NCBI RefSeq assembly: GCF_009914755.1
Contig: NC_060934.1
From: the human T2T-CHM13v2.0 reference genome, Homo sapiens
Reading direction: 5' to 3' (one strand)
DNA: 64,000 bases
Both the position numbers and the translations under genes were made by a program. Each line of letters starts with the position of its first letter. The first letter of the stretch is position 1. Below are positions 53,266 to 64,000 of the stretch, piece by piece. Under the pieces are notes generated by a model, which was not told where the DNA came from, did not search any database, and saw only the letters and a program-made list of their open reading frames with translations.

Positions 53266-54019
53266 CCCTCATTGATCTAGTCAGTTCCCTAGATATGACA
53301 TGAAATTTCGCCTCTGTGTGCCTTTGAAAGCATTCTTTCCTCACTAGGAAAATTATCTTCAGTTCTTCATCAGAAAACTCCTCTCCATCTTGTCTGATCC
53401 ACAAGTGTCATGTCTTCTGTGAAGCATCTCCTGCCTTCCCTAGACAGAACTATTGGTTCCTTCTTCATTTCCCTAGGAACCTGTGAGCAGATTGAAGGGA
53501 TATCTCTTACTCATCTTTGGATCCCCAGCATCTGACACAGAATTAGGGCTCCTGAAATGATTACTGAATGCTGAAAGGGCAGGGGCAAATTCCATTCCAT
53601 CAGGTTCCTCGGTCTGTGATCCTTTTAAAGAGGTTTGGGGGCCAATTTCTGGGGAGAAGTGCTGTTTTAGTAGCCCTTAGAAGAAAGACAGGTGTCTTAT
53701 AGGAGCCAGATTCAAGGCTCGACAGGTGGAAGGAAAGCAGAAGAGAGGGAAGAAATGTTTTGTGCCCAGGATTCTGCCAGCTCAGGCATGCCTGGGACCA
53801 AGGACACAGCCTGGGGAAGTAGGGAAAGAGGACAGGAGAGAGGAAGGAGGAAAGAAAGATAGATATATGGACCCATAAGTAGGAAATATCATGCCAGGTG
53901 TCCTGTGAGAGTAAGATGGTAAGAAAGGAGATCTGCCCCTTGAAGGTGGGGGATCTGGCAGGTTCAGACAACGGCAGGGAATGGGAAGGAGGTAGGGTGA
54001 TAGGCTAGAAAGTAGAATT

Positions 54020-54591
54020 AGTGGTTCTTAAAAGTTTTGGTCTCTTGGCACTTAAAAAAATTTTTGGAGCTCCAAAGAGTTTTTATTTATGTGGGTTGTA
54101 TCTATCAATATTTACCATATTATAAACTAGAACTGAAATTTTTCAAATATATTTATGAATTAAAAAATAAAATAGCATAATACTTGTACATACGATAATA
54201 TTTCAAATAACTATATTCTACTTCAAAAGATTATTGAGAAGAATAGCATTGTTTTATATTTTTTTCAACTTTTACAAATGTCTGGCTTAACAGAAGACAG
54301 GTTTTCATTTCCATCTTTGCATTCAATTGAATAGATTCAATAAAGTTTGAGCCTACCTTTTCATCCTCCAACAATTATTTCAGGTGCCGCTGTCAATCTG
54401 TTTGCATTCAATCTGTTGTGATATTCCATGCAAGTTGCCTCTGGAAACCCCTCTCTAGGCTTATGCAAGAATGAGAATGAAGAAGCTAGATTGTACTTAG
54501 TATTTTTATGCAAATAGTTTGCGTTTACAGACTCCATGGAAGGGTCATGGGTACTTCCATGGGTTTCTGAAACACACTTTGAGAACCACTG
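54020..54591. mobile_element. MER113 (hAT-Charlie)
   Basis: TIRs agtggttct ... gagaaccactg; ccaaagagtttttatttatgtgggttgtatctatc. Confidence 0.75.
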
Positions 54592-54623
54592 GCTGAAATA
54601 ACATAAAAGTTCTGGTATTTGGA

Positions 54624-54862
54624 AGTTCTCACTTATAAGTGGGAGCTGAACAATGAGAACACATGGACACAAGGACGGGAACAACACATGCTGGGGCCTG
54701 TCGGCAGGTGGGGTGTGGGGAGGGAGAGCATTAGGAAAAATAGCTAATGCATGCTGGGCTTAATACCTAGGTGATGGGTTGATAGGTGCAGCAAACCACC
54801 ATGACACGCATTTACCTATGTAACAAACCTGCACATCCTGCATGTGTACTCAAGAATTTAAT
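54624..54862 (+). mobile_element. 5'-truncated L1PA 3' end
   Basis: gttctcacttataagtgggagctgaacaatgagaacacatggacac...ggtgcagcaaaccaccatg...acctgcacatcctgca. Confidence 0.9.
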
Positions 54863-55169
<307 letters not shown>

Positions 55170-55190
55170 TAAAAAATAAGTCCTGGTATT

Positions 55191-55487
<297 letters not shown>

Positions 55488-57731
55488 AGGTCCTGGTATT
55501 TCATTGCTTTCTTTTTCAGGTGGAGCTTTACAGTATGTCTTAGCCTTGACCTGTGGAAAGGCAGACGTGCTGCTGCAGCCCTGGCTTGGCTGCTACCTGA
55601 GGGCCCTCGTGAAGCTCTGGGTCCTGGCCATGCTGTGGTGGCTTCTGGCTATACAGATAATGAGAGGAGGTGAGCAGCGGTGGGAAGGGAAGAGGAGGGG
55701 GCCCTGAGAGGGAATCAGGAGCTGAGCCTGAATCCTGAGGTCTAGGAAGGGCTGTGTGTCCCGGGGGGAGCCACTTCCTCTCCAAGAGCCCCAGCCCTTG
55801 TCTGCAGCAGGGGGTTGAGTAGATACCTAAGGGTCCTCCCAGTTAGACAGATGCTGAGATTCTGATCCGGAGTCTCACATAGCCCTGTTGTCCTGTCTGC
55901 TTTTGGGAAGGAGCTTCCTCCTGAAGGAAACTGACCATGACTATGCGAGTGGCCAGGCTCCCACTCTTATCATCCATCTGCTTCATATGGCAATAGCTTG
56001 ATCGTCATTTCTTTCATTACCAAAGTATTAAAATATGTAACAATAGAAAAAAAAAGAAAAATGACAGGAATAAGCATTATAGTCCTCTTTCCTAGGGACA
56101 GCCCCTGCTGACACGAGGGGGAGCATCTTTCCAGTCTTTGTCTTGTGCTTATAGTTCATGCTTTATCTTTGCCAGATCATTTCTTCTTAAATACAGCGTT
56201 ATAACGTGACTTTCAGCAATTGAATAACGTGAACGCTTTATTCTAGCATTCAAGGCTGTCTATCTTTACAGACTTGTCTTTTACGCTTTCCCTCTCTGTG
56301 TCTCTCACTCGCACTCTTGCTTCTCCCCAAATGAACCCTGTCGATCCCCTCTCATGCTGTAGAAGCCATCTCCCGGGGCTTAGCACTCCACCTCTAAACT
56401 GAATCTATTCTGTGACGCTGGGAAATTCTGACTTAATCATTCCGCACCTTGCTTCCTTGATTACTCCACAGTATCTTTTGTGTTCCTGATCTTATGTCAT
56501 TTCTGAAGGCTTACCGTATCCTCTGGCTGTCTGTCCACTCTGCTTGTGTGTTCCCACAGCTGTTATTCATACCTTAATCGGCACCTTTCTCACTGTATTG
56601 TAATTGTCTGCATGCTTCTTATTTAACGCCAGTTCTGGAGCTGCCCGCAGTGTTGCACGCTGAGTATTTGCTGTCTGGGTTGAGTGTGTGTGTGCGGCTG
56701 GTCAGATGCCAGGCGCTGTCTGTGTCACCCAGTGTGTGCACATGGTTGGTTACTTGGGTGTCCTGCTAAACCATGAGCCCCCTGCAGGCAGAGTCCACAC
56801 AGAATGGATCCATTCCCATTTGTAGGGCTGGGAAAAGCTCCTCCTGGCAGGGCTGGGTAGACTCTGGCCTGTGACGCTTAGGGCTGGCTGAATTCAAGAC
56901 CACAAGATGTCAGTGTTGTCTCAGCCACAGAGGAACAGCCAGGGCTGTGGCTCTTGCCTTGCCTAGGTAATTCTGTGAGTTGGGCAAAGCCCAATTTAAA
57001 CAAAATATGTGTGTCTGTGTGTTATCTTTTGCCCTGTCTTCAAATCCAACAGCCAACAGAGTAGGTGGCCAGTGAATTCGTTGCTGATCATGGGTCTTGT
57101 CAAGGTACAGAGGCAACGTGTCTTTCTTGGGGGAACTGGGGGACTGCCATTCTCAGCTCTGACCTCCAGTCAGCAAGTCCAAGGGCACCGCCAGGAGCAG
57201 CACCCCTACTGGTGGTGGATGACAGAATGACAGAATTTCTGAGTTCTCACTTCTAGCTTGGAATGTCAGAAGGGTGTTGAGCAGGAAATCAGAAGGGCTG
57301 GGTCTGTCCTGACTCTGCCCCATGAAGGATTAAAAACTCAGGAAAGGCACATGATTCTCCAAGTCTCCAAGCCGCATTTTCCCCTAGATGGGCTACCTGG
57401 ATTAGCAGTGAGCTACCTGATCCCCAAGGCTGTGGCTTCTGCATGTGGCCTCTAATCTATTTCCAGGTGAATGGTTACAAAGCCGTCTTCACCCTGTATC
57501 TTCGCACATGACCTAGTTGCAAATCTGTTAGTGGCCAAAACCAGCATCAGTGTTCTCATGGATGTTCTGCTATTCATTCAGTAGCAGATGAAATTCGGAT
57601 TACTTTAAAAGCAATTTTTAAAAAAAATTTTGAATGGAAAAAAGTAATTTCCAGTAAATATGTTAATTTTCCTTGAACTTGTTCTTAGCAAAACTTTTTC
57701 TGTCCTGGATGCTCTCCGTAGGCCCTCTTGA

Positions 57732-58024
<293 letters not shown>

Positions 58025-58709
58025 GTCATTCTATTCTGGATCTTAATGCCATTCCAGAAAGCCAAGCACCTTAAGGCTTCACAAATATTCTGATTTTGCA
58101 TAGACACTGTTGAAAAGAGCATCTTTATAATAAATTCCAAATTGATTGTATTATTTAATATCTTCTAAAGACATCACAATGACTTATTGATTTTTTGAAA
58201 TTAAAATTAAAAACAAACCTACACAATTGTTTGTAATTCACCAGATGTCAGGATCTGGGATCTGCTGAAGCCAAAGCCTCATTTTAAAATGTTGAAAAAA
58301 CATTTCAATGAAAAATCAATAAAATATATGACAGTAATGAAAAGATGAATAATGATCTGAAACAGACCCTTCCCTTTGATTCAATGTTATACAAAAACAT
58401 TGAAAGCATCCAAAATGTAACTTGACTATAAGGTTAAAGTTGGGATTGGGAATGGGTAGAAAAGATATGGCAGAGGGAAGGAGTGCTTACTTTCCAGGTA
58501 CTGTGTTAAGCACTCAAGTTCCCCAGTTGTTTACAATATATTTGAAATATGAACATATGGACTTATTTCTGCTGCTGCTATAATAATTCCTATTCACATA
58601 GTTAGATTCCCAGTGTCCCAGGTCTCATCTGCACAGCTGTAGCTGACTTGGGGAAGAGGTGACTCTAACAAGCTTGTGAGGCTGGAATAAATACATCAGT
58701 ACCATGGTA

Positions 58710-58957
58710 GTACTCATATGTCACTTGCTTACATGCCAGTTATTCTTCTAAGCACTTTAGTTATATTTTAATCCATTTGATTCTTTTAGCAGCCTATAAG
58801 GACAGATTTACAATGATTGTTACTCCCATTTTACAGCAGGGAAAAATGTGGCTCAGAGAAAGTTGCTCAAGGTACACAGCTAGCAAGCAGCAGAGCCAGG
58901 ATTTGAACCTGGGGAGTACATCTCCAGAGGCTGTGCACTTGACTACTCTGCTATGCT
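58710..58957 (-). mobile_element. MIR
   Basis: cccattttacagcagggaaaaatgtggctcagaga...aaggtacacagctag...ggatttgaacc. Confidence 0.75.
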
Positions 58958-58991
58958 GAGTAATATAACCATATTACCTCTGTGGAAAAAA

Positions 58992-61215
58992 ATAGCAGCA
59001 TAAATGAACTCAGAAATTGGTACCAGGAAGCATGACATTGCTATAACAAATAGCTGACCTGAAAATGTAGATGCAGGTTTGAAACTGGTTAGAGGCTGGA
59101 AGAGTTTAGAGGTGCATGCTAATAAAAGTCTAGATTTGCTGTGGATGAAGCGTCAAGGGTGCTTCTGGTGAGGGCTTGGGAGATGAAAAGAGCCACAGAG
59201 AGAGCCTTGTCTTCTTAGAAACTATCTGAGTTGTTGTGATCCAGATGCTGGTAGAAATATGCACAGTAAAGGCCATTCTAATGAGGTCTTAGATGAAAGT
59301 GAGGAATGCCTTGCTGAAAACTGGAGGAAAGGCTATCCTTGTTAAAAAGTGGCAAATAACTTAGCTAACTTGTGTCCATGTACTAGTACCTTGTGGAAGA
59401 CAAAATTTAAGAGCAATAAAATAGGTTATTTGGTGGAAGAAATCTCTAAGCAAAGTGTTGAAGGTGCAGCATGGCTTCTCTTGACTGCTTATAGTAAAAT
59501 CTGAGAAAAGAAAAATGAATTAAACGAAGAATTTATAGTCAAAAGGGAAGGAGAACTTAAAGATTTGGAAAATTCTCAGCCTGGCTATGTAAAAGGAAAA
59601 ATAAAAGAAAAATGAATTAAAGGAAAAATTTATAATCATCAAAAGGGAAAGAGAACTTAAAGATTTGGTATTCTTAGCCTGGTTTTATAATGGCAAAACT
59701 GCAATTACTTTTGCACCAACCTAATGATTTAAAAGATTGTTCAGGAAAGAATACCAAGGGTGTGGCCAAGTGAATGTTTGATAAAGTCATTAGCATGGAT
59801 AGAAGAAAGCCAGATGCTATTCATCAAGACAATGGAAGAGTGATCCAAAATACGTTTCAGAGCTCTTCCAGGCTGCCACTTCCATCACAGGCCTGGAGTA
59901 CCAGGGCCTTGAGGGCAGAATAGTTTCAAGAGAGGGGTCCAGAGGTGTGAGGCTTCAGGGCTCACTGCCCAGGGCTGCCTCAAGTCTCTGCTACTTGTAT
60001 TTGAATGCAGTGCTTCTTGGCCACCCCAACAGTGGCTCAAGTAGGCCCATGTGGGGCTTGAGCCACTGTTCCAGAGGGCACAAGACAGTAAGCCTTGGTG
60101 ACATACATGTGCATATGTACAGAAAATAAGAGCTGTGAGAGCATGGCTGCCTCTATCTAGATTTCAAAAGATGCCTTGGAGAGCCTCAGAGCCCTGGCAG
60201 TGAACTGCTACAGAGCAGAGCCACCACAGAGAGCTAGGACAATGCTTAGTGGAGCTGTGGGATTGGAGTCACTGCTACAGTGGGTTCTACAAAGACTTAC
60301 AAAGAGCCGCCAGTGTGCAACACCACCCTGGGAGAGCTGCAGGCACCTGGCCCAAACTCTGAGAGCTGCTGTATAGGTGACACCTAGCAAAGCCATGAGG
60401 GTAGGGCTCCCTGAAACTTTGGGGGCTGAGCCCCTGCCCCAGTGTGTCCAGAAGACAGGACATAGAGTCTAATGAGACTGTTCTCAAGCCTCAAGATTTA
60501 ATATTGTTTGCCTTGTTGAGTTTTAGACTTGCAACCGGTTACCCCTTCCTTCTTTCCTATGTCTTCCTTTTGGAAAGGGAATGCCTATCTTATGCCTGAC
60601 TTGCCATTGTGTTTTGGAAGCATATAACTTGTTTGATTTCACAGGCTCCCAGTTGGAGGGGGAATTTGCCTCAGGATGATCCATCACTTGAGTATCACCT
60701 ATATTTATTTAGATGAAACTATGGTCCTTAGACTCTGATTTGGTGCTGGAATGAGTTAAGACTTTGAGGGGATAAGAGATGGAATAAAGGTGCTTTGCAT
60801 GTGAGAAGGACATGAATTTTGGGGGCCAGGAGAAGAATGCTGTGGTCTGAGTTTGTCTGCCAAATTCACTTGTTGAAACATAATTGCCAACCTGATAGTA
60901 TTAAGAGGTGGGGCCTTCAGGAAATGATTAAATCGTCAGTGTGGAGCCCTCAAGAATGGAATTAAAATGTCAGTAAAAGAGATTCACACTGCATTTAGCC
61001 CCTTTTGCCCTTCTATCCTTTCTACCATGAGAAGGCGCAGCAACGGATGCCATCCTGGAAGCAGAGAGAAGCGCTTACCAGGCACAGAATCTGCTGGTGA
61101 CTTGATCTTGGACTTCTAAATCTCCAAAACTGTGAGAATATAAATTTCTGTTATTTATAAATCATCCAGTCCCAGATTTTTTTTTTTTTTATAGCAGAAG
61201 GTACAGACTAAAACA
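58992..61215 (+). mobile_element. MaLR provirus (MSTD/MLT1A-like): internal region ~59012-60837 and 3' LTR 60838-61215; 5' LTR almost absent
   Basis: gaaattggtacc internal start; gtgagaaggacatgaattttgggggccagg end; LTR tgctgtggtctgag...cagactaaaaca. Confidence 0.8.
59688..59724. mobile_element. Half MADE1 (single Hsmar1 TIR)
   Basis: taatggcaaaactgcaattacttttgcaccaacctaa matches one arm of MADE1. Confidence 0.85.
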
Positions 61216-61393
61216 AGCATGCACTTGGATGCTTGGAAACAGAAATCCTTCTGTTTCTGCCAAATCCCTAGTGCCCTAGGAGAAGCTGGGTGATTCCCTT
61301 CACAGGTGAAGGTCCCTTACCCTTCTTCAAGCCTTTGCACATGCCTGGTGGACATGCCCTCTCTTATCATTTTTTTTTTTTTCTGTTTAGGCT

Positions 61394-61912
61394 CCAAAAT
61401 CTAGGGAGAAAGCTATAAAATCAGGGAGGTGTGTATGTTTGTGTGTGTGTGTGTGTGTTTGTGTGCATGCATGTGGATGTGTTTTGGGGTGTGTCAGGAA
61501 AGGCTTCCTAAGGAGTTGACATTATAGTTTAGCTGAAAGAGATAAACAGAAGATAACTTGGAGGGGAATAGGTTTGGGGACAGCTGGTGAGGTTAGAGGG
61601 TGAGATTAGGAAGGGCTATGTTGTACCAGCAAATGGGGAAAACACTGCAGACTTGTGAGAATGTGGAACAGTTGCATGAGTGTTAGTAATTCAGTGTCAA
61701 TGATAATATCCAAAAATTTATAGTGAGCATGTGTCGAAGATTAATTTAACACATTAAAGAGGGAACCGGCAGAATGGTAAAGCTGGTTCAAAGAAGAATA
61801 TGAGAGCTGAAAGCATGTGATCAATAAAAGAAAAGATGCTGAAATAAGACTGGTACATTAGATATCAAACTGGTTAATATTCCACATGGCAATAAAACTA
61901 TGCTATAGTTTG
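61394..61912 (+). repeat. Left arm of ~510-bp inverted repeat
   Basis: Reverse complement of 63271-63777 by manual alignment. Confidence 0.97.
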
Positions 61913-61994
61913 TATATTTGTTCCCTCCAAAATCTCATGTTGAATTATAATCCCCAGTATTGGAGATGGAGCCTGATGGGAGGTGATGGGATCA

Positions 61995-62554
<560 letters not shown>

Positions 62555-63270
62555 TCATGAGCCAATTAAACCTCTTTTCTTGTAAATTACCCAGTCTCAG
62601 GTGTTTATTTATAGAAATGCCAGAATAGCCTAATACAGAAAATTGGTACTGAGGAGTGGGGCACTGCTATAAAGATACATAAAAATGTTGAAGTGACTTT
62701 GCAACTTGGTAACAAGCAAATGTTAGAGGATTTTGGAGGGCTCAGAAGACAGGAAGATGAGGGAAAATTTGGAACTTTTTAGAGACTGATTAAATGGTCG
62801 TAACCAAAATGCTGACAGTGATATGGATAACAAAGTCCAGGATACTGAGGTCTCAGATGGACATGAGGAACGTATCAGGAACTAGAGCAAAGGTCACACA
62901 TATTATGCCTTAGCAAAGAGATTGGCTGCATTGTGTTCATGCCCTAGGGATCTGTGAAAGTTTGAGCTTCAGAGTGATGATTTAGGATATGTGGCAGAAG
63001 AAATTTTTAAGTAGTAAAGCAGTCAAGATGTGGCCTGGCTGCTTCTAACAGCCTAAACTCAGATATAGGAGCAAAAAATGGCTTAGATTTGGAACTTATA
63101 TTTAAAAGGAAAGCAGAATGTATCAATTAATTAATTAATTATTATAAGTTTGGAAAATTTGCAGCCTGGACATGTGGTAAAAAAAAAAAACCTATTTTCA
63201 GGGGGAAGAGTTCAAGTGCTAAGGCACTTGGCTCCCTTTCAGTTACACATATATTTCTAGCAAGTGGTGG

Positions 63271-63777
63271 CAAACTATATTATAGTTTTATTGCCATGTG
63301 GAATATTAACAAATTTGATATCTAATGTACCAATCTTATTTCAGCATTCTTTTTTTTTTATTAATCACATGCTTTTAGCTCTCATATTCTCCTTTGAACC
63401 AGCTTTACCATTCTGCCGGTTCCCTCTGTAATGTGTTAAATTAATCTTCGACACATGCTCACTACAAATTTTTGGATATTATCATTGACACTGAATTACT
63501 AACACTTACGCAACTGTTCCACATTCTCACAAGTCTGCAGTGTTTTCCCCATTTGCTGGTACAACATAGCCCTTCCCTATATCACCCTCTAGCCTCACTA
63601 CCTGTCCCCAAACCTATTCTCCTCCAAGTTATCTTCTGTTTATCTCTTTCAGCTAAACTATAATGTCAACTCCTTAGGAAGCCTTTCCTGACACACCCCA
63701 AAACACATCCACATGCATGCACACACACACGATATACACACCTCCCTGATTTTTATAGCTTTCTCTCTAGATTTTGG
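63271..63777 (-). repeat. Right arm of inverted repeat, inserted in MSTB internal region
   Basis: Reverse complement of 61394-61912. Confidence 0.97.
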
Positions 63778-64000
63778 GAAAGGGCCTTGAAGGCATTTTA
63801 AAGACCTTCACAGCAGCTCCTCCCATCACAGGTGCAGAGGCCTAGGAGGGAATCATGATTTTGTGGGCCATTCCCAGGGCCCTGCTACCCTGCACAGCCT
63901 TACAGCCTTGGAACACCGCTTCCCACATCCAAGCTGCTTCAGCTCCAGCCAGGGCTCAAAGAAGCCCAGGTACAGCTTAAGCTGCCACCTTGGAGAATGC

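Overview
Primate, almost certainly human, non-coding genomic DNA that is repeat-dense. I cannot support any intact protein-coding gene, tRNA, rRNA or CRISPR array. It contains a full-length processed RPS3A pseudogene (2971-3869) with 15-bp target-site duplications (TSDs), about 26 Alu copies or fragments, and several old L1 segments. A degraded ERVL-class gag/protease remnant (about 5720-9480) hosts a MER5A, an Alu, a solo HERV-W LTR17 and a MER41B. Other elements are a solo LTR12C, MaLR elements (MLT1D, MSTD, MSTB) and DNA-transposon fossils (MER81, Tigger3, MER113, half MADE1). A 2.1-kb strand-skewed double repeat (a CA-rich block, then a CT-rich block) brackets a ~100-bp unique island. The most unusual structure is a ~510-bp, ~95%-identical inverted duplication (61394-61912 / 63271-63777), joined to a short fold-back inversion inside an MSTB element. 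Several smaller template-switch or repair scars also occur. Repeat subfamily names come from my recollection of consensus sequences, not from a RepeatMasker run, and old-repeat boundaries are approximate. I do not assign a chromosomal locus.
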